A DNA stretch of 64,000 bases from contig JABIVD010000029.1 of NCBI GenBank assembly GCA_018667335.1, positions 91,381 to 155,380 of the forward strand, given 5' to 3'. Made by a program: the position numbers and the translations under genes. The DNA is from Rhodospirillaceae bacterium (GTDB taxonomy: Bacteria > Pseudomonadota > Alphaproteobacteria > UBA6615). Below, in pieces: positions 51,343 through 61,827 of this stretch. The notes beneath the pieces were generated by a model that ran no database searches, was not told where the DNA came from, and saw nothing but the letters and a program-made list of their open reading frames with translations. Position 1 is the stretch's first letter, and each line of letters begins with the position of its first letter.

Positions 51343-52239
51343 ATGAATGAAACAGGGACAGAGACCGCGCGGCGGTCCGAATCCACGCCCGGCGCACTGC
51401 CGACGGCGGTGAGCGCGGCCGCCTATGGCCCGCTCGTCCGCTTCCGCAAATGGATGGTCGACGGCATGGTTGCGAAACGTGCGCGGCGTGCCGAGGCGGT
51501 GCTGCGGGCGAATGCACCCCTGTGGGACCTGATGACCCGGGCCGCGGCCGGGACCGCGGTGACCGGCGCGTCGTTCTCGGACTACCTCACCCTGTACGAA
51601 CAGGTGCGGGCGTTCCGGCCGCGCGAGATCCTCGAATGCGGGACCGGCATCTCGACCGTCGTGCTGGCCTACGCGCTGATGGAAAACGCCCGAGAAGACG
51701 GCAGTGAACATGGCGGCCAGCCGGGCCGGGTGACCTCGATGGAGGACGACAAATCCTGGTTCGAGGTGGCGGGCACGCGCCTGCCCGACGAGGTCCGCGA
51801 GGTGGTGGACCTGATCCACAGCCCCAAGCGGGACGGGTTCTACAAATGCTTCCGGGGGGTGCAGTACGAGTCCCTGCCCGACCGGCCGTATGACTTTGTC
51901 TTCTCCGATGGCCCCGACCGCCACTCGCCGGTCAACGGCGACAAGCTGTTCAATCTCGACCTGATCCATGTGGTCGCCCGGTCCGACCAGCCGGTGCGCG
52001 CCGTCGTCGACAATCACTATCTGACGTTCTACATCCTGCAGAAGGTGTTCGGCGTCGCGCTCGCGCGCTACAGCGTTAGCCACAAGCTGATGTTCGTCGG
52101 CCCGGTGACCCGGCACGACGTGCGCTTCCTGCGGAAGGAGTCCTTCCTGCCGGACCTGCGCCTGTTCTCGACGACGGAGCTGAAGCTGCGGATGGCCCGT
52201 GAAGATCAGGTTCAAAAAGACCGGGCGGCGAGGACGTAG
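51343..52239 (+). CDS. class I SAM-dependent methyltransferase-like protein (inserted in his operon)
   Basis: Motif I ILECGTGISTVVLAYAL. Post-I acidic DFVFSDGP. ORF track begins at TTG 51334. Confidence 0.5.
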   Translation: MNETGTETARRSESTPGALPTAVSAAAYGPLVRFRKWMVDGMVAKRARRAEAVLRANAPLWDLMTRAAAGTAVTGASFSDYLTLYEQVRAFRPREILECGTGISTVVLAYALMENAREDGSEHGGQPGRVTSMEDDKSWFEVAGTRLPDEVREVVDLIHSPKRDGFYKCFRGVQYESLPDRPYDFVFSDGPDRHSPVNGDKLFNLDLIHVVARSDQPVRAVVDNHYLTFYILQKVFGVALARYSVSHKLMFVGPVTRHDVRFLRKESFLPDLRLFSTTELKLRMAREDQVQKDRAART

Positions 52240-52242
52240 ACC

Positions 52243-52617
52243 ATGGGCACGAACATCTACACGGTGCACACGAACTCCTGGTCGGCAGCGCCCGATGGCG
52301 ATGCGATTTTGATCAAGGAAGGCTTCAGCATTCCCGCGTTCCTGTTCGGGCCGCTCTGGGCGTTGTGGCACGGCATGTGGCGCACGGCGATCGTGCTGCT
52401 CATTCTTTCGGTTGCCGTCAGCGGGGCCGCCCTCGTCGCGGGCCTGGCCGACGGTGCGGAGCTCGTGCTTTCGCTCGGGCTGCAGGCGGCGATGGGCCTG
52501 TGGGCGAATGACTGGCGCCGGTATGTTCTGGCGCGCCGCGACGTGCTGGAACGTGGTGCTATTTCCGCGCGACGCCTGCGCGACGCGGAACGGCGTTACA
52601 TCATGGGGGTCGTCTAG
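52243..52617 (+). CDS. DUF2628 membrane protein
   Basis: IYTVHTN...[25 protein letters not shown] matches the DUF2628 pattern common in alphaproteobacterial his operons. Confidence 0.65.
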   Translation: MGTNIYTVHTNSWSAAPDGDAILIKEGFSIPAFLFGPLWALWHGMWRTAIVLLILSVAVSGAALVAGLADGAELVLSLGLQAAMGLWANDWRRYVLARRDVLERGAISARRLRDAERRYIMGVV

Positions 52618-52621
52618 GGTC

Positions 52622-53272
52622 ATGGAAACGGTCGCCATCATCGACTACGGCTCGGGCAATCTGCGCTCGGCCGCCAAGGCGTTCGAGCGGGCGGCCCGCG
52701 AGGCCGGCCTGGCCCGTGAGATTGTCGTCACCGAGGACGCCGACATCGTGGCCGGCGCCGACCGGGTGGTGCTCCCCGGGGTCGGCGCGTTTCGCGATTG
52801 CCGCGATGGGCTGGCGGCGCGTGACGGCATGCTCGGCGCGCTCCACACCGCGGTGCGCGATCGCGCGCAGCCGTTTCTCGGCATTTGCGTCGGCATGCAG
52901 CTGATGGCGACCCGCGGGCTCGAGCATGGCGAGACGCCGGGCTTCGGCTGGATTCCCGGCGACGTGGTGCCGATTGCGCCCGCAGACCCGGCGCTGAAGA
53001 TCCCCCATATGGGCTGGAACGAGCTCGAGATCGCGGCATCGAATCACCCGCTGCTCGCCGGGTTCTCCGGCCAGCACCAGCATGCCTATTTCGTGCACAG
53101 CTATCACCTGGCCGCGGAGAATGTCGGCGATGTGCTCGCCACGACCGACTATGGCGGCGCGATCACTGCGGCCGTCGGGCGCGACAACATGATCGGGACC
53201 CAGTTCCATCCCGAGAAGAGCCAGCAGACCGGCCTGGCGCTGATCACGGCGTTCCTGGGGTGGGCCCCATGA
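52622..53272 (+). CDS. hisH: imidazole glycerol phosphate synthase glutaminase subunit
   Basis: [20 protein letters not shown]. Catalytic [11 protein letters not shown] track extends to 52412. Confidence 0.9.
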   Translation: METVAIIDYGSGNLRSAAKAFERAAREAGLAREIVVTEDADIVAGADRVVLPGVGAFRDCRDGLAARDGMLGALHTAVRDRAQPFLGICVGMQLMATRGLEHGETPGFGWIPGDVVPIAPADPALKIPHMGWNELEIAASNHPLLAGFSGQHQHAYFVHSYHLAAENVGDVLATTDYGGAITAAVGRDNMIGTQFHPEKSQQTGLALITAFLGWAP

Positions 53273-53784
53273 CCGACACGCAGATCGAGCGGCTGTCGGA
53301 GTACCGGGGCAATGACCTGGCCGACCTTTGCGACGCGGCGGAGGCGGCGATCGTCGGCGGCGGTGGGTTCGGCTGGCTGACGCCGCCGCGGCGCGACGTG
53401 ATGGAGGCCTACTGGCGGGGCAATTTGCTGGTGCCGGGGCGTACGGTGTTCGTCGGCCGGCTCGATGGCGTGATCGCAGGGTCGGCGCAACTCAACCGGC
53501 CGCGCGCCAGCAGCGAGGCCCAATCCTTCGCCGTCAACGTCTCGACCTTCTTCGTGGCGCCGTGGGCGCGGGGCCACGGGTTGGCTCCGGGGATGCTGGG
53601 CGCGTGTGAGGAGTTGGCCCGGCGTGAGGCCTACACGGTCCTCAATCTCGACGTGCGCGCGACCCAGGAGCGCGCCATCCAGATCTATGAGGAAAGCGGC
53701 TATGTGCGCTGGGGGACCCTGCCGCGATATGCGCGCGTGGCGGGCGAGTATGTTGAAGGCTATTTTTACACCAAGAATCTCTGA
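53269..53784 (+). CDS. GNAT-family N-acetyltransferase (inserted between hisH and hisA)
   Basis: ATGA overlap with the hisH stop. GNAT motif A region [18 protein letters not shown]. 171 aa. Confidence 0.7.
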   Translation: MTDTQIERLSEYRGNDLADLCDAAEAAIVGGGGFGWLTPPRRDVMEAYWRGNLLVPGRTVFVGRLDGVIAGSAQLNRPRASSEAQSFAVNVSTFFVAPWARGHGLAPGMLGACEELARREAYTVLNLDVRATQERAIQIYEESGYVRWGTLPRYARVAGEYVEGYFYTKNL

Positions 53785-53808
53785 TCGGGATCTCTCAGAA
53801 GGTTGGCT

Positions 53809-54548
53809 ATGATTCTGTTTCCTGCGATCGATTTGAAAGACGGTTCGTGCGTGCGCCTGCTGCGCGGCGACATGGATGCGGCCACCGTGTTCAACGACAG
53901 CCCGTCTGACCAGGCGCGGGCTTTCGTGGACGCGGGCGCAGACTGGCTCCATATCGTCGACCTCAACGGCGCCTTCGACGGGCAGTCGGTCAATGGCGAT
54001 GCCGTGCGCGGTATCCTCGACGTCACCCGCGCGGCGGGTGTCCAGGTGCAGCTCGGCGGTGGCCTCCGGACCCCCGACCATGTCGCCGGCTGGCTCGCCG
54101 ACGGGGTCGACCGGGTGATCCTGGGGACCGCGGCGGTCAAGGACCCGGCGCTGGTCATCGAATCCTGCAAGGCCTATCCCGACCGTGTCGCCGTCGGCGT
54201 CGATGCGCGCGGCGGCCGGGTCGCGGTCGAGGGCTGGGCCGAGACGTCGGACCTCGCGGCGGACGAGCTGGCGCAGCGTTTCGAGGACGCCGGGGTCGCG
54301 GCGCTGATCTATACCGACATCGATCGCGACGGCGCGATGCAGGGCCCGAACGTGGATGCGACCGTGGCGCTGGCGCGGGCGATCTCGATCCCCGTGATCG
54401 CCTCGGGCGGGGTCTCGTCACTGGCCGACGTCGAGGCGTTTCTGCCCCACGAGGCCGACGGCGTGGCGGGCGTCATCTCGGGTCGTGCGATCTATGACGG
54501 GCGGATCGACCTGGCGGCGGCGCTGGCGCGCCTTCGGGGGGATGCCTG

Positions 54549-54549
<1 letters not shown>
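53809..54549 (+). CDS. hisA: ProFAR isomerase
   Basis: [18 protein letters not shown]-terminus. ORF track begins at TTG 53803. Confidence 0.92.
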
Positions 54550-55351
<802 letters not shown>

Positions 55352-55352
<1 letters not shown>

Positions 55353-55684
55353 TGGCCGACAAACCAAATGCGGAAATCGTCGACGCGCTCTACGCCGTGA
55401 TCGAATCGCGGCGCGGCGCGGATCCGGACTCGTCCTATACCGCGCAGCTTCTGGCGCGGGGCACCGGCAAGATTGCCGAGAAGGTCGGCGAGGAGGCCGT
55501 CGAGTCCATCGTCGCGGCCCTCAGCGAGGGCCCCGACGCGCTGGCGGCCGAGAGCGCCGACCTGATCTATCATTTGTGCGTGCTGTGGGCCGATGCGGGC
55601 GTGCGGCCGGCCGATGTCTGGGCAAAGCTGGCCGAACGCCAGGGGATGTCCGGGCTCGACGAGAAAGCCAACCGGAAGGGTTGA
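55352..55684 (+). CDS. hisE: phosphoribosyl-ATP pyrophosphatase
   Basis: 110 aa. LYAVIESRRGADPDSSYTAQLLARG. ATGA overlap with hisF. ORF track extends to 54974. Confidence 0.85.
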
Positions 55685-55696
55685 GGCGACTCCGAT

Positions 55697-56077
55697 ATGA
55701 CCTACGACATGACCTATGACCGCGAGAACATCTTCGCGAAGATTCTGCGTGGCGAGATTCCGTGTAACAAGGTTTTCGAAGACGCCCACGCGCTGGCCTT
55801 CCACGACATCAACCCCCAGGCCCCGACCCATGTGCTGGTGATTCCCAAGGGTGCGTATGTGTCGAACGAGGATTTCACGGCCAACGCGTCCGACGCCGAG
55901 ATCGTCGGGTTCATGCGCGCGGTCGGCCAGGTCGCGCGCGAACTCGGCCTGGCCGACCCCGGCTATCGCATCCTCGCAAACCACGGCACGGATTCTGGCC
56001 AGGAAGTGCCCCACTTCCATGTCCACATCTTCGGCGGCAGGGCGTTGGGCCCGATGCTCAAACCGTCCGGGGCGTGA
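55697..56077 (+). CDS. HIT-family (histidine triad) protein
   Basis: HFHVHIFGG histidine triad. IFAKILRGEIP. Confidence 0.85.
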   Translation: MTYDMTYDRENIFAKILRGEIPCNKVFEDAHALAFHDINPQAPTHVLVIPKGAYVSNEDFTANASDAEIVGFMRAVGQVARELGLADPGYRILANHGTDSGQEVPHFHVHIFGGRALGPMLKPSGA

Positions 56078-56140
56078 GCCGACCCTTGCTCTGATCGCGC
56101 GGGCTGTGGAAAATGAGCGCAAGGAAAACGGAGAGACGCA

Positions 56141-57004
56141 ATGACCTATGAGAGCTTTGATCTGCACGAGATGTCGCCGGCCTGCGGCGGGGTCATCGAG
56201 GGAATCGATCTTTCCCAGAATCTGACAAACCGGCAGTTCGACGAGATCCACGAGGCGCTGCTCGACCGCACCGTGATCGTGTTTCGTGATCAGGACATCA
56301 CGCCCGAACAGCAGGTCGCGTTCGCGCGCCGCTTCGGGGAGCCGCAGCCTTCTTCCGTTTCCGGGTTCGAGAAGAGCAAGGAAAACCCGGAAATCGACAT
56401 CCTGGAATATGACGCCGACAACCCGCCTCATGTGACCCGCGACCTGTGGCACACGGATTTCGTCGGCACCGAACGGCCGACCATGGGCACGGTGCTCTAC
56501 GCCAAGGACATCCCGCCCCAGGGCGGCGATACAGTGTGGGTGAACATGGTGGCGGCCTATGAGGCGCTGTCAGACCGCATGCGGGCCCATGTCGACGGGC
56601 TCTGGGCCTATCACGACTCCTACCAGCCCTATAGCGAGTTTGTCCGCCCGGAGATGTATGACGCCGAGAAGGGCACCGACTATCTGCGGGACAAGCGCGC
56701 CGCTTATGTGCCCGCGTTGCACCCGGTGGTGCGCAAGCACCCGGTGACGGGCAAGAAGGGCCTGTTCGTCAACGAGTCCATGACCGCCTTCATCAAGGAT
56801 ATGGACCGCCGCGAGAGCGATTTTCTGTTGCGCTACCTGTTCGACTATCTGCGCACGCCGGAGTTCAACTACCGGCACAAGTGGCAGACCAATGATCTCG
56901 CGGTCTGGGACAACCGGTTGTCCCTGCACTATGCGCTGTTCGACTACACCGAACACCGGTTGATGCACCGGATCGTCATCCAGGGCGACGTGCCGCACGA
57001 GTAG
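56141..57004 (+). CDS. TauD/TfdA-family Fe(II)/2-oxoglutarate dioxygenase
   Basis: HTDFVGTERP. GGDTVWVNM. C-terminal His. Overall TauD-family pattern. Confidence 0.8.
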   Translation: MTYESFDLHEMSPACGGVIEGIDLSQNLTNRQFDEIHEALLDRTVIVFRDQDITPEQQVAFARRFGEPQPSSVSGFEKSKENPEIDILEYDADNPPHVTRDLWHTDFVGTERPTMGTVLYAKDIPPQGGDTVWVNMVAAYEALSDRMRAHVDGLWAYHDSYQPYSEFVRPEMYDAEKGTDYLRDKRAAYVPALHPVVRKHPVTGKKGLFVNESMTAFIKDMDRRESDFLLRYLFDYLRTPEFNYRHKWQTNDLAVWDNRLSLHYALFDYTEHRLMHRIVIQGDVPHE

Positions 57005-57029
57005 GCACCCCGAGTAGTTTCGCGGGCCC

Positions 57030-57899
57030 TTACGCCACCGGCAGATTGTCGATAAGCCGGGTCTCGCCCAGCCAGGCGGCGGCAAGTGCGCGCAGGGGCG
57101 TGCCCGCCGGCGCCTGACTGGCCGGCAACAGGGTGTCGGCCGCCCTCACCTCCAGATACTCGATCGGCGAGAATCCTGCCGCCGCGAGCGCCTCATGGCC
57201 CGCCGCGCAGGCAACGGCCGCGGTTTCACCGGCCAGCAGCCGCGCCGCGACGCCTTTGAGGGCCACGTGCATTTTGGGTGCTGTCGCGCGATCGGCCGGG
57301 CTCAGGTTGGCGTTGCGCGATGAGACCGCGAGCCCGTCGGCCTCGCGGACGGTCGGCAGGCCGATGATTGCGACCGGGATGTCGAGGTCCAGCGCGAGCC
57401 TGCGGATGACCTGGAGCTGCTGGTAGTCCTTTTCGCCGAACACCGCACAATCGGGCAGCGCCTGCAGCAGCAGCTTCGTGACGATGGTCGCGACACCCGC
57501 GAAGTGGCCGGGCCGGTGGTCGCCGCACAGCCCCTGGCTGATGTCCGGCACGTTGACGTTTGTTTCGAATCCGGCGGGGTACATGTCCTCGACACCCGGC
57601 GCGAACAACAGGTCCACACCGTGGGTGCGCAGGGTCTCGATGTCGCGCGCCTCGCGCCGCGGGTAGCTCGAGAAATCTTCGTCGGGGCCGAACTGGGTCG
57701 GGTTGACGAAGATGGTCGCCACCACCCGGTCGGCGTGTTTGCGGGCCTCATCGACCAACGCCATGTGGGCCGTGTGCAGGGCGCCCATCGTGGGCACCAG
57801 CCCTACGGTCTCGCCGACGCGCCGCCAGCCCGCGACGGCTTCGCGCAGCTCGCGGACGGACCGGACGATGACGAGGTTCGGCGCGGTGGGGTCAGACAT
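57030..57899 (-). CDS. panC: pantoate--beta-alanine ligase
   Basis: GLVPTMGALHTAHMALV HIGH-like motif. Confidence 0.9.
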   Translation of the reverse strand: MSDPTAPNLVIVRSVRELREAVAGWRRVGETVGLVPTMGALHTAHMALVDEARKHADRVVATIFVNPTQFGPDEDFSSYPRREARDIETLRTHGVDLLFAPGVEDMYPAGFETNVNVPDISQGLCGDHRPGHFAGVATIVTKLLLQALPDCAVFGEKDYQQLQVIRRLALDLDIPVAIIGLPTVREADGLAVSSRNANLSPADRATAPKMHVALKGVAARLLAGETAAVACAAGHEALAAAGFSPIEYLEVRAADTLLPASQAPAGTPLRALAAAWLGETRLIDNLPVA

Positions 57900-57911
57900 G
57901 CGTCGTGCCCC

Positions 57912-58757
57912 TCAGTCGCCCGATGGCTTCGCGTCGCCGAAACAATGTTCGGACCCCGGGAACGTGCGGGCGCGGACGTCGCCGGCGTAGGCCACGGCGG
58001 CCGCCTCGATCTGGGGGTTCAGTTCTGCGTAGCGTTTGACGAATTTCGGTGTGTAGGCGCCGAACAGTCCGACCATGTCCTCGGTCACCAGGATCTGACC
58101 GTCACACGCCGGTGACGCGCCGATCCCGATGGTCGGGATGTCGATGCTGGCGGTGATGTCGCGTCCGAGTGTCTCGGGCACGCCCTCGATCACCACGCCG
58201 AAAGCACCCGCCGCGGCGACGGCCACAGCGTCGTCGCGGATCTGTTGGGCGCGGGCCTCGTCGCGCCCCTGCACGCGGAAGCCGCCGAATGTATTCGACG
58301 ATTGCGGGGTCAGCCCGATATGGGCCAGCACCGGGATGCCCCGGGCGACGAGAAACGCGATGGTCTCGGCCATGGCGACCCCGCCTTCGAGCTTGACGGC
58401 CGCGCAGCCGGTCTCGGTCATGACCCGCGACGCGGCCTCGAACGCGGCGGCCGGTGACGCCTCATAGGTCGCGAACGGCATGTCGACCACGATGCAGGCG
58501 CGTTTGCTGCCCCGCACCACGGCGGCACCATGGGCGATCATCATGTCCAGGGTCACCGGGAGCGTGGACTCGAAGCCGTACAGCACCATGCCGAGGGAAT
58601 CGCCGACCAGCAGGAAATCGACATGCGGGTCGAGCGCTTCCGCCATGGGCGCGGTATAGGCCGTCAGGCTGACGATCGGCTCGCCGCCCTTGCGGGCGCG
58701 AATTTCCGGAACACCAATGCGCCGGGCTGGCGCCCCGTCCTGTGATGATGTGCTCAT
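57912..58757 (-). CDS. panB: 3-methyl-2-oxobutanoate hydroxymethyltransferase
   Basis: LTAYTAPMA...[10 protein letters not shown] signature. Confidence 0.9.
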   Translation of the reverse strand: MSTSSQDGAPARRIGVPEIRARKGGEPIVSLTAYTAPMAEALDPHVDFLLVGDSLGMVLYGFESTLPVTLDMMIAHGAAVVRGSKRACIVVDMPFATYEASPAAAFEAASRVMTETGCAAVKLEGGVAMAETIAFLVARGIPVLAHIGLTPQSSNTFGGFRVQGRDEARAQQIRDDAVAVAAAGAFGVVIEGVPETLGRDITASIDIPTIGIGASPACDGQILVTEDMVGLFGAYTPKFVKRYAELNPQIEAAAVAYAGDVRARTFPGSEHCFGDAKPSGD

Positions 58758-58882
58758 CGTGACTGTCCCCCGACAGGATTCTGCCCGGATATTCGCCCGG
58801 GTTTGTTCCCAGCTTGGCCCAGCAAGGCCCGGGTTTTCCCGGGTTCACCCGTGTGCTGGCGCTGTTTCGGCCAGAACGCTAA

Positions 58883-58897
58883 TTGTGCAGCGCACAA
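58883..58897. promoter_or_regulatory. palindromic operator-like motif TTGTGCAGCGCACAA upstream of panBC
   Basis: Near-perfect inverted repeat TTGTGC-N3-GCACAA. Related copies at 59303-59315, 59355-59369, 59392-59399. Confidence 0.35.
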
Positions 58898-59021
58898 AAG
58901 GCAAGACAGATGATGCGCCCGCGCTGGCGACGGTGGGCCAGGGCAATTGCGGGGTCATTCGGGGGAAATTGGTGCGGAGCCGGCCTATGACCGGCTCCGC
59001 ATCGACTTTCAGTGGTCCGGC

Positions 59022-59240
59022 CTAGGCGTGGCGGCGGGCTTCACTCGTGAACACGACATGGCCGATCGCCGCAATCGCGCGGCGCAGGGCGCGGCAAGCC
59101 GCCACAATACCCTTATGTGTCGCCTCGGCGCGCAACTGTTCGGCGTCGCGGCAGATATCGTTGATCATTTCGGGCGTGAGGTCGGCCGACGTATCCCAAA
59201 CATTGGCAAGGTCGGTGTTTTTATTGTTTTCCGTGGTCAT
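59022..59240 (-). CDS. small hypothetical protein (72 aa)
   Basis: ATG 59240 has a GGAG SD at -6. Followed by a 10-bp-stem hairpin (gcggagccgg...ccggctccgc) at 58979-59006. ORF track extends to 59312. Confidence 0.4.
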   Translation of the reverse strand: MTTENNKNTDLANVWDTSADLTPEMINDICRDAEQLRAEATHKGIVAACRALRRAIAAIGHVVFTSEARRHA

Positions 59241-59302
59241 AGCTGACTCCGTCATCGGGTTTGAGAACGGCGTCGCCCCCGTGCACCTGATGCTTATATT
59301 AT

Positions 59303-59399
59303 TGCAGCGCACAATGGAGTAAGTATCAGGAAAAACAGAGGCCTACAACACATATTGTGCAACGCAGCATTCTTATCTGCTGCAGCTTATGTTGCGCAA
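59303..59399. promoter_or_regulatory. cluster of three TTGTGC/GCGCACAA-related motifs between thiolase and the small ORF
   Basis: ttgcagcgcacaa (59303-15), ttgtgcaacgcagca (59355-69), ttgcgcaa (59392-99). Confidence 0.35.
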
Positions 59400-59428
59400 T
59401 ATATGGGCAGTATTCTAACGCTTCGGGG

Positions 59429-60670
59429 CTAGGTCCGGCCGAGGATGGTGACGCAGGCGACGGCCTCTTCGATGCCGTGGAACCCGCCACCGTTTTCCGC
59501 GATTGCGAACTTCGCGTTCGCAACCTGCCGTGCGCCCGCCTCGCCGCGCAGCTGGGTTGTCAGTTCGAACACCTGTGCGAGGCCGGTGGCGCCCACCGGG
59601 TGGCCCTTGGATTCGAGCCCGCCTGAGAGATTGACCGGTATCCGGCCGCCGATGCTGGTGGCGCCGCTCTCGGTGAGTGCGCCCCCCTCCCCGAAGTCAC
59701 AGAAGCCGAGATTCTCGACCTGCTGGATCTCCGCGAACGCGGTCGCGTCATGAACTTCGGCGACATGCATGTCTTCCGGGCCCAGGCCGGCGCGCGCATA
59801 GGCATCGCGGGCTGCGAGGTGGGTGATGTGCCGGTCGAATTCCTGGGGGTCGCGGTCGGAGCCGGTCCGCAGGGCGGTCGCATGGATTTTTACAGCGCGG
59901 GACCGGTCGAAGCGGTCGAGTTCCTCTTCTCGGCACAGAATAGCCGCCGCCGCGCCGTCGGAGATGGGCGAGCACATTGGCAGGGTGAGTGGCCAGCTGA
60001 CCTTGCGGGCGGCCATCACCTCGTCGACGGTCATCGCCTCGCGGTACTGAGACAGCGGGTTGTGGGCGGAATGGGCGTGGTTCTTGGCGGCCACGGCGGC
60101 GAGCTGCGCCTGGGTGGTGCCGAAGGATTTCATATGGAACTTGGCGAGGGCGGCATAGACATCCATGAAGACGCTGCGCTGGCCGGTGTCTTCTTCTCCA
60201 TCCGGGTCGGCGACCCCCTGCCCCATTGCCAGCAGCCGGTCGGTCGCGGCCGCCACGTCGTGGACATCCCAGCCGCCGTCGAACACGGAGAACATCTTCG
60301 CCCGGTCCTCGTGGAACATCTTTTCGGCACCCACGGCAATCGCGACCCCGCCGCGCCCGGCCTCCAGCCAGGTGGCGGCCATGTCGAGCGCGGTCGACGC
60401 GCTGGCGCAGGCATTCTCCACATTTGTGACCGGGATTTCCTGGATGCCCATGTTGCGCAGCGCGATCTCGCCGGGGATCGAGCCCTGCCCTTCGAGGATG
60501 GCCTGGGCGGCGTTGGAGAACCAGGCCGCCTCGATGTCGGCAACCTGCGCGCCGGCATCTGCCAGCGCGTCGGTAACGACCGCGCGGGTCATCTCCTTGA
60601 TGGGGCGATCGAGAAACCGGCCGAACGGCGTCATACCGACGCCGACGATGTAGATGTCCGACATGTTCAA
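59429..60670 (-). CDS. thiolase-family protein (SCP-x / nonspecific lipid-transfer-type thiolase)
   Basis: MSDIYIVGVGMTPFGRF N-terminus. Catalytic Cys region VTNVENACASASTAL. 413 aa. Confidence 0.85.
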   Translation of the reverse strand: MNMSDIYIVGVGMTPFGRFLDRPIKEMTRAVVTDALADAGAQVADIEAAWFSNAAQAILEGQGSIPGEIALRNMGIQEIPVTNVENACASASTALDMAATWLEAGRGGVAIAVGAEKMFHEDRAKMFSVFDGGWDVHDVAAATDRLLAMGQGVADPDGEEDTGQRSVFMDVYAALAKFHMKSFGTTQAQLAAVAAKNHAHSAHNPLSQYREAMTVDEVMAARKVSWPLTLPMCSPISDGAAAAILCREEELDRFDRSRAVKIHATALRTGSDRDPQEFDRHITHLAARDAYARAGLGPEDMHVAEVHDATAFAEIQQVENLGFCDFGEGGALTESGATSIGGRIPVNLSGGLESKGHPVGATGLAQVFELTTQLRGEAGARQVANAKFAIAENGGGFHGIEEAVACVTILGRT

Positions 60671-60706
60671 GTGTCCTTTCGAAATAATGTACCCGGCGAC
60701 CCGGCC

Positions 60707-61714
60707 CTAGGCCGCATCGACCCGTGAATTGGCGGCCGCCTTGTAAGCGTTGGCGAGATACCAGTCGAGGAAGTTGTTGTAGCTGATCGGTTCGTGGGTG
60801 ATCGCTTCCCCGTCGGCGCCCGGGATGCAGGTGATAGTCGCCTGCGCGCCGGGGTTGAAGAACAGCGGGATCGAGTATCGATCCCGGTCGCCGTCCGGCG
60901 AAATCACCCGGTGCGGGCTCGCTAGCCACCGGTCGTTGCTCCAGCGCCGAAGCATCTGTCCCGCATTGATCACATAGGAACCGGGCACCTTCGGCGCGGT
61001 GATCCATTCGCCGCTCGGGAGCTGCACCTCCAGTCCCGCCACCTCGGTCTGCGGCAGGAAGGTCAGGAAGCCCGCATCGGTGTGCGCGCCGACCCCGAGT
61101 TGGTTCTCGACGCGGTGCTCGACCCTCGGATAGTGGATCATTCGCAGCCAGGCCAGCGCATCCTCGAAATGCGGGTCGAAATAATCCGTCGGGACCCCGA
61201 GCGCGGTTGCATAGACCGGCAGCAACTTGCGGCCCAGGCCGTACACGGCGGCGTAGTAGGTCTGGATGTTCTCCCGGAAACCCGGCAGGTCGTCTTCGTC
61301 CGGCCAGGGCTGGGGGATGTAGAAGCGTTCGCCCGCCGTGCACCGGGCGTGGTTGGCCGGGAAATCGCTATTGATGTGATAGGCGGCGTGCAGGTCGGGT
61401 CTGTTCTTGCGGTTCGCGAATTCCTCGCCCCGCTCCGCCTCATCGTCGACCGCGACCCGCGTGCCGCCGTGGCCAACATAGCCGACATAGTGTTGGCTCT
61501 GCTTCAGGCGCTGCTTCGTTTCGAGGGGCAGCGCATGAAACCGGCCCGCTTCGTTGAACGCCAGGTCGATGAGCTCCTGCGGGATGCCGTGGTTGATCAT
61601 GAAGTAGAAGCCGGTGTTCTCGCACGCGTCGCGCAATTCGTCGGCCAGGCGCGCGCGCGCGCCTCCCTCGCCGGCGAGATAGGGGCCGATGTCCAGGACT
61701 GGCAGGGTGGTCAT
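60707..61714 (-). CDS. isopenicillin-N-synthase-like 2OG-Fe(II) oxygenase
   Basis: MTTLPVLDIG...GFYFMINHGIP N-terminal DIOX_N. HxD...H core (GVGAHTDAGFLTFL). ATG 61714; ORF track start 61750. Confidence 0.8.
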   Translation of the reverse strand: MTTLPVLDIGPYLAGEGGARARLADELRDACENTGFYFMINHGIPQELIDLAFNEAGRFHALPLETKQRLKQSQHYVGYVGHGGTRVAVDDEAERGEEFANRKNRPDLHAAYHINSDFPANHARCTAGERFYIPQPWPDEDDLPGFRENIQTYYAAVYGLGRKLLPVYATALGVPTDYFDPHFEDALAWLRMIHYPRVEHRVENQLGVGAHTDAGFLTFLPQTEVAGLEVQLPSGEWITAPKVPGSYVINAGQMLRRWSNDRWLASPHRVISPDGDRDRYSIPLFFNPGAQATITCIPGADGEAITHEPISYNNFLDWYLANAYKAAANSRVDAA

Positions 61715-61827
61715 GGGTTTTTCCGCCTCGTCTGTGCCTTGTGTCTGCAAAACTCAGGGGGATGATTCTATCTGGACCTCCCGCATCTGCCTATTCCCCT
61801 GCCGGACCGTCTCGCCGGGTGACCGGC

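Noticed and set aside
50512-52641. 709-aa minus-strand ORF antisense to hisB, the MTase-like gene and DUF2628
   Set aside because: Low-complexity Arg/Gly-rich translation. hisB signature is on the plus strand.
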